Part shown: positions 8,083 to 14,895 of the stretch, piece after piece
How the letters are laid out: each line of letters starts with the position of its first letter
How positions within the stretch are numbered: the stretch's first letter is position 1
Source of the DNA: a virus
Virus record (IMG/VR): IMGVR_UViG_3300049740_002954
Span: 1-64,000 of that record
Length of the DNA: 64,000 nt
Reading direction: 5' to 3' (one strand)
The notes under the pieces: generated by a model
What the model was told of the DNA's origin: nothing
The model's database searches: none
The model's input: only the letters and a program-made list of their open reading frames with translations
Translations under genes and position numbers: made by a program

Positions 8083-8140
8083 GTATCTGATAGTCAACGA
8101 GTTATGAAAACTGCCTAGGGGATTTTTATATAAGTCAAGC
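8079..8140 (+). repeat. degenerate IHF-arm element R3
   Basis: TCAACGAGTTAT / GAAAACTGCCTAGGGGATTTTTAT / ATAAGTC. Confidence 0.7.
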
Positions 8141-8173
8141 AAAAACTTTTTTATTTTTTCTGCATTTTAGGGG

Positions 8174-8201
8174 TTGACATACGCATTTATTCTGTCATAA
8201 T
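8174..8201 (+). promoter_or_regulatory. sigma70-type promoter, probably leaderless
   Basis: TTGACA-16-CATAAT; ATG at 8208. Confidence 0.8.
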
Positions 8202-8207
8202 GAAGTC

Positions 8208-8951
8208 ATGATTAAGACAACAATTCTCACTCAAGGAAACGCAAAGATAGTCAAAGGCGAAGAGCTTGGCTATGTGACAAAAGGCATCCACTTCGCTCCT
8301 GCTAGTCTCTCAGGCAATGAAGTTTGCCAATGGCGAAGTAAAGGTTGCACTGCTTCTTGTCTCAATACGGCAGGTCGTGGACGCATGAATTCAATCCAAG
8401 CATCAAGAATAGCAAAGACAAAGTTGTTCTTTGACAAACAATTCGATTTCCTTGCCAAGTTATCGAAAGAAATTTCTTCTTCAATCAAGTCAGCCACAAA
8501 GAAGGAAATGAATTCTGTTTTTCGTCTTAACCTTACGAGCGACATTTCTTGGGAATCAGTTTTCTTCAATGAAAGACAACCAAAAACAATTTTCGACAAG
8601 TTTCCGTCAATTCAATTTTACGATTATACAAAGTCATTCAAAAGAATGTGTGCTTTTCTTGACAAGCCTTTCACTAAAGATGAACAAAAATTTCCATCTA
8701 ATTACCATCTAACTTTCTCTCGTTCAGAAACAAACGATAAGAAATGTGAAATGGTTCTTGCTATGGGTGGCAATGTTGCCGTTGTGTTTCGCAATCAACT
8801 TCCAAAAACTTGGAAAGGTTATGAAGTTGTCAATGGTGATTCAAACGATTTGCGTTTCCTTGACAAACAAGGTGTGGTCGTTGGCTTAATCGAGAAAGGT
8901 ATGGCAAAGAAAGACGAAACAGGATTCGTGCAAGAAGGAATTGACTCTTGA
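8208..8951 (+). CDS. GP88-family protein (radical-SAM-like Cys motif)
   Basis: VCQWRSKGCTASCLNTAGRG, RLNLTSD, QFYDYTK, NYHLTFS, GDSNDLRFLD. Confidence 0.8.
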   Translation: MIKTTILTQGNAKIVKGEELGYVTKGIHFAPASLSGNEVCQWRSKGCTASCLNTAGRGRMNSIQASRIAKTKLFFDKQFDFLAKLSKEISSSIKSATKKEMNSVFRLNLTSDISWESVFFNERQPKTIFDKFPSIQFYDYTKSFKRMCAFLDKPFTKDEQKFPSNYHLTFSRSETNDKKCEMVLAMGGNVAVVFRNQLPKTWKGYEVVNGDSNDLRFLDKQGVVVGLIEKGMAKKDETGFVQEGIDS

Positions 8952-8982
8952 CAAAACAACTCAACTCAACTATTATTGTAAA

Positions 8983-9150
8983 ATGAATGATACTTATTAC
9001 GACTCAGCCGAAGAAATTAAACTTTCACAAAGCGAAGCTTTTAATGTGCTTGCTCAACATGGTTGCCAAGAACTTGATGAATTCTTTCAAGACATGGGTG
9101 ACAAAGAAGAGTATGATGCACAAAAAGTGTTGGAATGGTTAGGTTACTAA
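8983..9150 (+). CDS. small acidic hypothetical protein
   Basis: Follows TTGACA-17-TATTAT (8948-8976); its stop codon lies in the first arm of R4. Confidence 0.7.
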   Translation: MNDTYYDSAEEIKLSQSEAFNVLAQHGCQELDEFFQDMGDKEEYDAQKVLEWLGY

Positions 9151-9222
9151 CTCATTGAATTCCAGGTAGTTACAAAACTGCCTAGGGCCGCTTGCGTAAG
9201 TCGTTGACATAAAACAATTAAC
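9147..9222 (+). repeat. 76-bp IHF-arm element R4
   Basis: CTAACTCATTGA-3-CCAGGTAGTTAC / AAAACTGCCTAGGGCCGCTTGC / GTAAGTCGTTGA-3-AAAACAATTAAC. Confidence 0.85.
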
Positions 9223-9251
9223 AACTATTTTTAATTTTACGAAAAAAAGTG

Positions 9252-9279
9252 TTGACTTTCACTATCAATCTGTCACAAT
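9252..9279 (+). promoter_or_regulatory. sigma70-type promoter, probably leaderless
   Basis: AAAAAAAGTG-TTGACT-16-CACAAT; ATG at 9286. Confidence 0.7.
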
Positions 9280-9285
9280 TAAACT

Positions 9286-9399
9286 ATGATTAAGATTAGA
9301 AAAACCATTCTCTTCACCAAGTCAAGACCACACAAGGTCAAGGCAAAAGTGATTCACCGCAAACTCAAACACAAGGAGAAACTCGCCCATGTATCTTAA
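9286..9399 (+). CDS. 37-aa basic peptide, weakly ArfA-like
   Basis: MIKIRKTILFTKSRPHKVKAKVIHRKLKHKEKLAHVS. Confidence 0.55.
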   Translation: MIKIRKTILFTKSRPHKVKAKVIHRKLKHKEKLAHVS

Positions 9400-9634
9400 T
9401 GACCCAAGCCATCTACAAGTTCAAGACATTAGTTGCTCAACAATCGGCGATCATGTGATGGATTTTATTGATGAACGATTAGTTGAACCATTGATTCTTA
9501 ACAATCTAATGAACGCAGAAGAAGTAGAAGAATTATCTGTTGTTGGTGGAGCGATTAAGATTCTTGCAGAAAAAGCTCAAGCATACGACAATTTGTTTGA
9601 CAAAGACGGACAACTTCCTTATTCTTGTAATTGA
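9389..9634 (+). CDS. hypothetical acidic protein
   Basis: Overlapping ORF in the operon. Confidence 0.7.
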   Translation: MYLNDPSHLQVQDISCSTIGDHVMDFIDERLVEPLILNNLMNAEEVEELSVVGGAIKILAEKAQAYDNLFDKDGQLPYSCN

Positions 9635-9825
9635 TGAAACACTTGTTAACCAAATCAAATGACGGATGCTTTATCATTGTTCACTCAGAAGAGAAGACCG
9701 ACAAAAATGATCTGTTTATCTCTGAAGCGACATTCAAAAAAAACATTGAAACAAAAACATTCGTACAACACAAAAATCTAACTCACAATGAACAACCAAT
9801 CTACATCTACCATGAAGACCTTTGA
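9634..9825 (+). CDS. hypothetical protein
   Basis: TGATG overlap with the upstream gene. Confidence 0.6.
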   Translation: MKHLLTKSNDGCFIIVHSEEKTDKNDLFISEATFKKNIETKTFVQHKNLTHNEQPIYIYHEDL

Positions 9826-10174
9826 TGATTTAAACTTCACGCCTCACGCTCACGCAAAAGACTTGGGCGTCTCAGCCACCTTAACTCTCGACAATGGCTA
9901 TTCATTTAGTGTTGTCGCTAATACTGATGGTGGTGATCTGTTTTACGGCAATCACCCAAACACTTTTGAGGTTGCAATCTTCAATCAGCGAGGCGACTTT
10001 GTTCCACTCTCTGTTTCGGACGATGTGCTTGGTTGGCAAGTTCCACACCAAATCACTTCGCTAATGCATCAATTTGAGCTTGACGGAATCAAGCACGAAA
10101 AATTACTTCACGATCTTCGGAGAGACTTCAACGAAAAAGTAGTAGCAAAACACGCAGAGGAGGCAGAATTATGA
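9812..10174 (+). CDS. conserved phage hypothetical protein
   Basis: MKTFDDLNF...DNGYSFSVV...FEVAIF...DDVLGW. Confidence 0.75.
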   Translation: MKTFDDLNFTPHAHAKDLGVSATLTLDNGYSFSVVANTDGGDLFYGNHPNTFEVAIFNQRGDFVPLSVSDDVLGWQVPHQITSLMHQFELDGIKHEKLLHDLRRDFNEKVVAKHAEEAEL

Positions 10175-10347
10175 ACAGTTATCAAATACTAAAAAACGGT
10201 GAACCAATGGGCATACAAGGAACTTTTGACTACATTGTCAACGCAATACGAAACCTTGAATCGAATCTTGATCGAGCAACTCAACATTCACCTTTTACTA
10301 TTGAGCTAATAAATACTAAAGTTAAAATAACAAATACTCTTGTCTAA
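10171..10347 (+). CDS. small hypothetical protein (58 aa, below track cutoff)
   Basis: ATGA overlap; MNSYQILKNGEPMG... Confidence 0.55.
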   Translation: MNSYQILKNGEPMGIQGTFDYIVNAIRNLESNLDRATQHSPFTIELINTKVKITNTLV

Positions 10348-10394
10348 ATACCAAATACTAAATAATCAAATACAAATACCAAATACACAAATAC
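10310..10394 (+). repeat. (C/T)AAATA(C) tract
   Basis: About 10 AAATA units. Confidence 0.8.
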
Positions 10395-10457
10395 ATCATG
10401 CCATAGCAATGGAATAAGCACAAAAAAAGTAGAATAGTGCAGGAATTATATATTGTT

Positions 10458-10533
10458 GTAAGTATATTATTTTCAACGAGTTACAAAAAAACCTAGGGCC
10501 GGTTTCCTAAGTCGTTGATGTTTAAAAGGTTAG
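10458..10533 (+). repeat. 76-bp IHF-arm element R5, at the strand-switch point
   Basis: GTAAGTATATTA-3-TCAACGAGTTAC / AAAAAAACCTAGGGCCGGTTTC / CTAAGTCGTTGA-3-TTAAAAGGTTAG. Confidence 0.85.
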
Positions 10534-10563
10534 GAGAGAGGGTTGACCTCACAACCCTCTCCC
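10534..10563. terminator. hairpin at the convergence of the two early arms
   Basis: GAGAGGGTTG-ACCTCA-CAACCCTCTC. Confidence 0.55.
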
Positions 10564-10576
10564 CTGTTATTATTGA

Positions 10577-10663
10577 CTAAAACTCTTCTTTTCCTAGTTG
10601 ATCTTGCACCATTCTGATGATTCCCACGATTGAACTAATGATTAGAATTGTTGTAATTTCCAT
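10577..10663 (-). CDS. small single-TM peptide (28 aa)
   Basis: MEITTILIISSIVGIIRMVQDQLGKEEF; has its own promoter TTGACT-17-TATAAT (10700-10672). Confidence 0.7.
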   Translation of the reverse strand: MEITTILIISSIVGIIRMVQDQLGKEEF

Positions 10664-10696
10664 GTGCTTCTATTATAGCAAAGGCGAGCAACCGAG

Positions 10697-10996
10697 TCAA
10701 GCTTTTTCTTCAAAAATCTCACGCATGGACGGACTTATTGCAGTCATATCGTGCAAGTTTTCGTCATTATCGTAATCGTCATCCTCATCGGCTTTATCTT
10801 CGGCAGATGCGAATTCTTGGACTTGATCCTCGACTTCTTGTTTGGTTGCTTGAAGTAAACCATGCTCAACAACCAATTCTTGAGCGAGCTTTTCAGCTTT
10901 CAGATCTTCAATGAAAGAAGCAAGTGCAGGACTTACTTGTGCGTTTGTATTTTCGGCAATTCTGCGAATGTTTTCGAGTCTTTGTGATTCTGTCAT
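10697..10996 (-). CDS. acidic hypothetical protein
   Basis: Start moved to MTESQRL after a TTGCAA..TAATCT promoter. Confidence 0.7.
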   Translation of the reverse strand: MTESQRLENIRRIAENTNAQVSPALASFIEDLKAEKLAQELVVEHGLLQATKQEVEDQVQEFASAEDKADEDDDYDNDENLHDMTAISPSMREIFEEKA

Positions 10997-11007
10997 AAGA
11001 TTATAGA

Positions 11008-11193
11008 TTAGCAAGTTGTTTGTGGTTTTGCAAGCAAAAACTTTTCAAAAGTTTTCTGTCCCTCGCGAGCTTCTTGAATTTCGTCAAGTTGGATTTGAGC
11101 ATTGATTACCATTTGCATGGCTTCAATGTTTCCTTCGTCAGCCACAGGCGTTTGTATTCTGATGATTTCTTTTAGTTCTTGTTCTTTTGTCAT
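11008..11193 (-). CDS. hypothetical protein
   Basis: Own promoter TTGACT..TAGACT. Confidence 0.7.
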   Translation of the reverse strand: MTKEQELKEIIRIQTPVADEGNIEAMQMVINAQIQLDEIQEAREGQKTFEKFLLAKPQTTC

Positions 11194-11233
11194 AATGATT
11201 TGAGTCTAATGATTTGATTGTGAAAGTCAAGCC

Positions 11234-11440
11234 TTATTGCCAAATTGTTTCGACATCGTCATGAATTTGGGAAAAGGTGATGTCTTGCTCTTCGGCAAGT
11301 ATTCTGTCAAGGTACGGAGATCGACCTGTTTTTCTGTCGATGTTCGCAGAACGAACTCGCGGATATTCTTGGGATGGGTTATCCCAAACTTTAACGCTGT
11401 AGTGGGTTGACCACTTTTTAATTCTAATTTTCTTAATCAT
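11234..11440 (-). CDS. hypothetical protein
   Basis: Start moved to MIKKIRIK (ATGATTAAG). Confidence 0.7.
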   Translation of the reverse strand: MIKKIRIKKWSTHYSVKVWDNPSQEYPRVRSANIDRKTGRSPYLDRILAEEQDITFSQIHDDVETIWQ

Positions 11441-11489
11441 ATGTTTTAAACTTAAACTATTTTTAATGCAATTGCAAGCACAAAGTGAT

Positions 11490-11675
11490 TTATTTTTCAC
11501 TTTCTGCAAAAGATTCTTTAATTTGTTTAAGAGTCCATATATGACCCCCCACGTCTTCGTATAGTGGGGAAAACTCGTGATCCTCTAGGATTCGTGGAGA
11601 AAACTCCGCGTCAATGTAGACACGCCCTACAATTCCGAGGACGTCTTCCATGTATTCTATTAATTCAATTTCCAT
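11490..11675 (-). CDS. hypothetical protein
   Basis: ORF on the local coding strand. Confidence 0.65.
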   Translation of the reverse strand: MEIELIEYMEDVLGIVGRVYIDAEFSPRILEDHEFSPLYEDVGGHIWTLKQIKESFAESEK

Positions 11676-11725
11676 ACTTATAACCTAACACGTTTTAAAA
11701 AAAACACAAGAAAAAAGTTTAAAAG

Positions 11726-11734
11726 TTATTCACA
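11726..11734 (+). promoter_or_regulatory. DnaA-box-like 9-mer (also at 12583-12591 and 15856-15864)
   Basis: TTATTCACA fits TTWTNCACA; each lies in the context AAAGTTATTCACAA. Confidence 0.5.
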
Positions 11735-11750
11735 AAATTCAATTTAAAGA

Positions 11751-11767
11751 TTGGCACGAAACTTGTA
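11751..11767 (+). promoter_or_regulatory. sigma54-like -24/-12 site
   Basis: TTGGCACGAAACTTGTA versus consensus YTGGCACG-N4-TTGCW (one mismatch, at the -12 C). Confidence 0.4.
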
Positions 11768-11778
11768 TAAACTTTTCT

Positions 11779-11855
11779 GTAAACGCTTGAAACGCAACGA
11801 CTTCCGGAAAAACCGGAGGGTTGTTGCCCTAACTCGTTGACCATTAGGACTTTAG
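11779..11855 (+). repeat. 77-bp IHF-arm element R6 (divergent core)
   Basis: GTAAACGCTTGA-3-GCAACGACTTCC / GGAAAAACCGGAGGGTTGTTGCC / CTAACTCGTTGA-3-TTAGGACTTTAG. Confidence 0.75.
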
Positions 11856-11893
11856 AAGTCCGTTTGGTCGTGGAAGCCCCAGTCTATGTCGGG

Positions 11894-12040
11894 TTACTCC
11901 TCGAAGTCGAGGAGTGAGACCTTGTCCTGCAGGTCGCCGATTTCGTTGCGAATCGCAACGCGATCAGCAGAAGTGAGAACGGAGTCCGCGAGGACTTCGC
12001 GGAGGAGAGAGATTTTGTTTAGCATTTCTGTTTTAGTCAT
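11894..12040 (-). CDS. small hypothetical protein (48 aa, below track cutoff)
   Basis: MTKTEMLNKISLLREVLADSVLTSADRVAIRNEIGDLQDKVSLLDFEE; own promoter upstream. Confidence 0.7.
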   Translation of the reverse strand: MTKTEMLNKISLLREVLADSVLTSADRVAIRNEIGDLQDKVSLLDFEE

Positions 12041-12093
12041 ATAAGTAATCTAGCAAAGTTTTTCGGAAAAGTCAAGTTTTTTTTAATTTTTTT

Positions 12094-12315
12094 TTATTCG
12101 TCCATAAGCCATTCGTCAAGTGCGTAAGTGTCAAGATCTGGATCTTTGTAGCTCGCTCCGTCCGGAGTTGTGGGTGTGTCCATCTCTTCGAGCTTGTTCG
12201 CAAGATCTTTATAGTTTACAAATCTGCGAGAAAGCTTGTAGAGAGCTTCGTCATTTCCTAGCCAAAGAGCAACATTCCAAGTTGCCCAATTTTTCCAACC
12301 GTTGTAATTTTCCAT
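12094..12315 (-). CDS. conserved phage protein (YNGW..W.TWNVALW family)
   Basis: MENYNGWKNWATWNVALWLGNDE...TPDG. Confidence 0.8.
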   Translation of the reverse strand: MENYNGWKNWATWNVALWLGNDEALYKLSRRFVNYKDLANKLEEMDTPTTPDGASYKDPDLDTYALDEWLMDE

Positions 12316-12346
12316 AATTTGATACTGACAGGTTAAGGGTTAAAGG

Positions 12347-12529
12347 TCAAGCAAAAAAAGGATGAATCTCAATTTGCCAAGGCATAAAGTTGAAGCGATA
12401 CTGAGAACGATACAACCTGCAAGTGATTAACTTGCCAAGGCTATCTTTGCGAGCGAAGCCCACGACTTGAAAGGTTTTACCCTTGTGTGTGCCATATTTG
12501 ACACGAACTACATCATTTAACTTAATCAT
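12347..12529 (-). CDS. small KOW/SH3-like protein
   Basis: MIKLNDVVRVKYGTHKGKTFQVV; start moved after the promoter. Confidence 0.65.
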   Translation of the reverse strand: MIKLNDVVRVKYGTHKGKTFQVVGFARKDSLGKLITCRLYRSQYRFNFMPWQIEIHPFFA

Positions 12530-12613
12530 ATACCTACAAGGTAGCACAGTACGAAGCAAATTGCAAGAAAAAAGCGATAAAGTTATTCACAAAAGTGCAT
12601 TTTATTTTGTGGT

Positions 12614-12689
12614 GCAAGTTGTTGTTTTTCAATGAGTTACGAAAAAGCCTAGGGCCGAAGCCCTAAGTCGTTGATACTTAAGAGCTTAG
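12614..12689 (+). repeat. 76-bp IHF-arm element R7 (core is a minus-strand UUCG terminator)
   Basis: GCAAGTTGTTGT-3-TCAATGAGTTAC / GAAAAAGCCTAGGGCCGAAGCC / CTAAGTCGTTGA-3-TTAAGAGCTTAG. Confidence 0.85.
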
Positions 12690-13301
12690 CTTGTAGCAAA
12701 GTTGAACTTGCCGAGCATTAGATTTGGAGTTTGAGTTATCATTCAAGTAGAATCGTGCAGTCTTTAACTTTTTGTTTTCTTTCTTGACTTTTTCTCTTGT
12801 ACCTTCAAAGCCTTTGATTGGATTTGATTTATCCTTTACAAAAGCTACAATTTTCTCCATATGCTCGAAGTCTGATTCGTGCTTGCAAGGTTCGATTTTT
12901 ATGATTTGCAAGTCGCAGACATTGCAAGGCTCTTGATCGTAAAACGCGACAATCAAAACAAGTCCGTCTTTTATCTTTTGCATTTTCTTCATTGCGTCAC
13001 CCATCAAAAAGACTTTGCGTTTCTTTTCGTAGAATTTGATTTCAATGTCGTGATGGAATTCTTTTGGCAAGTTGCTACGCTTGGCAACAGATTTGGGGAT
13101 GTCGCAAGCGTGTCCGTTTTGGTCGAACAGATTTCCGTTTTCATCTCTAAAATTAAAAAGTCTTGCAACTGCCATTTCTCCTGCCTTGCCGTGCTTCTTG
13201 TTTTGTGAGCCTTGAGCGTGGACAATTCCGTTTCTTATATCACGCAGAGATTGATTAACATATGAGTGGAGATGATTCAATTGATTTTGTGCAAGTTTCA
13301 T
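12678..13301 (-). CDS. putative PD-(D/E)XK restriction-endonuclease-like protein
   Basis: HGKAGEMAV...CDIP...DIEIKF arrangement. Confidence 0.5.
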   Translation of the reverse strand: MKLAQNQLNHLHSYVNQSLRDIRNGIVHAQGSQNKKHGKAGEMAVARLFNFRDENGNLFDQNGHACDIPKSVAKRSNLPKEFHHDIEIKFYEKKRKVFLMGDAMKKMQKIKDGLVLIVAFYDQEPCNVCDLQIIKIEPCKHESDFEHMEKIVAFVKDKSNPIKGFEGTREKVKKENKKLKTARFYLNDNSNSKSNARQVQLCYKLSS

Positions 13302-13378
13302 ATTTTTATATTTTTAGCAATTAAGTTTATAGTATTTACTATATTCTATATTCTGCCCGTGTCAAGCGTGAATGCAAA

Positions 13379-13927
13379 TTATTTTAAAAAATGATTGAAT
13401 GCACTTTCAAGTTTTCCTTTGTTAAGATTTTCTTTTCTGTCGCGAGGTACGAAGTTTGACCAATGATTTCCTCCACCGCTTTGTCTCTCTTTTACATGGT
13501 CGACATTCCAAGCGTTATCAACATTTCTATTTGTCCAATTATCCCATTGCTTGCCGTCTTCGAGCTGCACATCCAAGAATATTCTAAATTGATCGAGCGA
13601 ACAGCCCAAAGCCTCTTTATTTCCTCCGAGCTTGACAACCTTGTCGGAAAAGTTCTTTCTTTCCGCGTGGGTCGTTAACATTTTCACTTTCGGATCGTGT
13701 ACAATTTTATTTCTTATTCTTTTATATTTTTCTTTTATGTTTACAATTTCTTTCTTTTTTACTTCAATCATCTTTTTGAGATTTTCAATTGATTCAAGTT
13801 CTGCTTTGATTTGTAATTGCTCTGAGATTTTAAGCATATCTCCGAGATCGAGATCTGTTCTGTTATGATCCTTTATTTTGTTTCTTCCGTGATGTTTATT
13901 CCAAGCTTCAGATATTTTGACTTTCAT
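13379..13927 (-). CDS. HNH-type endonuclease
   Basis: LGCSLDQF...WDNW...WNVDHV...NHWSNFVP....ENLNKG. Confidence 0.7.
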   Translation of the reverse strand: MKVKISEAWNKHHGRNKIKDHNRTDLDLGDMLKISEQLQIKAELESIENLKKMIEVKKKEIVNIKEKYKRIRNKIVHDPKVKMLTTHAERKNFSDKVVKLGGNKEALGCSLDQFRIFLDVQLEDGKQWDNWTNRNVDNAWNVDHVKERQSGGGNHWSNFVPRDRKENLNKGKLESAFNHFLK

Positions 13928-14000
13928 AATTTTATATTTTTAGCAATTAAGTTTATTCTTCTTTTATATATGTTTTATTTTTGTTTGTCAAACATTATTT

Positions 14001-14081
14001 TCAATCTTCTGATAAAAGATCTGACCACATAACATAAAAGACAAAAGAGAAAGAAGAGATGAGAATTATTTCTAGTATCAT
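14001..14081 (-). CDS. small single-TM peptide (26 aa)
   Basis: MILEIILISSFSFVFYVMWSDLLSED. Confidence 0.45.
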   Translation of the reverse strand: MILEIILISSFSFVFYVMWSDLLSED

Positions 14082-14097
14082 ATTTTTTTGAGTTGAG

Positions 14098-14253
14098 TTA
14101 TTTACTTGATGAGATCGGAGCATGATGCTTGCGACTTAAACGCTTTGCGATTTGCATGGCTTGGGTATGAGTTTTTGCGTTGTCTACAAGTTTGCCATTA
14201 TAGAGAACATTAAACCAACTTTGGAAGTTTGGGTTTCTGAATACATTTATCAT
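14098..14253 (-). CDS. small hypothetical protein (51 aa, below track cutoff)
   Basis: MINVFRNPNFQSWFNVLYNGKLVDNAKTHTQAMQIAKRL... Confidence 0.6.
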   Translation of the reverse strand: MINVFRNPNFQSWFNVLYNGKLVDNAKTHTQAMQIAKRLSRKHHAPISSSK

Positions 14254-14312
14254 TTTAGCAATTTCCTTTTTTAGATGTTATTCGTAAAGATTAAACTAGT
14301 TGAGGCGACCTG

Positions 14313-14537
14313 TCAAGCATTTCTTTCAACTGATTTCCAACCAAAGGCACGAACTTGATCCTCATGCCGAGCTTGTGGAAGCATGGACTTGAGCGTTTCA
14401 ATGCGAGCAAGAATCCACTTGCGAGTGTCGCCTGTGGCAGGTACAAACTTACGCAAGTCGTGATCGTAGTGGTCGCTATTAAGGCGAGCTTCGAGGCGTT
14501 CGATGTCGAATTTAATGTCTTCAGTTTTCGTAATCAT
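14313..14537 (-). CDS. hypothetical protein
   Basis: Own TTGACA promoter; probably leaderless. Confidence 0.75.
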   Translation of the reverse strand: MITKTEDIKFDIERLEARLNSDHYDHDLRKFVPATGDTRKWILARIETLKSMLPQARHEDQVRAFGWKSVERNA

Positions 14538-14600
14538 ATTTACAATCTAGTTTATTTTTCGGCAAATGTCAAACTTTATTTTACTTTTTTTTAAGTTTTT

Positions 14601-14825
14601 TTATCCGTTGTATTTGTAGTTTTTATCTTGCTCAAGAGCCTTTGCCCAAGATGCTGACTCCTCGTCATGTTGAATTGAAACGATCTTTGCATCTTTGCCG
14701 TAGTCGGCAAGTCTTTCGGCTTTGAATGTCTCAATGCATTTTACGCCTGTGGCAGTTGATCGCTCGATCTTGCCGTTGAAAGTGGATTCAATTATTATTT
14801 TCTTGTAGTTATTTGTCTTAATCAT
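14601..14825 (-). CDS. hypothetical protein
   Basis: Own TTGACT promoter; ATGATTAAG start. Confidence 0.75.
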   Translation of the reverse strand: MIKTNNYKKIIIESTFNGKIERSTATGVKCIETFKAERLADYGKDAKIVSIQHDEESASWAKALEQDKNYKYNG

Positions 14826-14895
14826 ATGTACAACATAGCATGGGAAGTGCGAAAAGTCAAGTATTATTTTACTTTTTTTAAAGTTTTTTTATATC

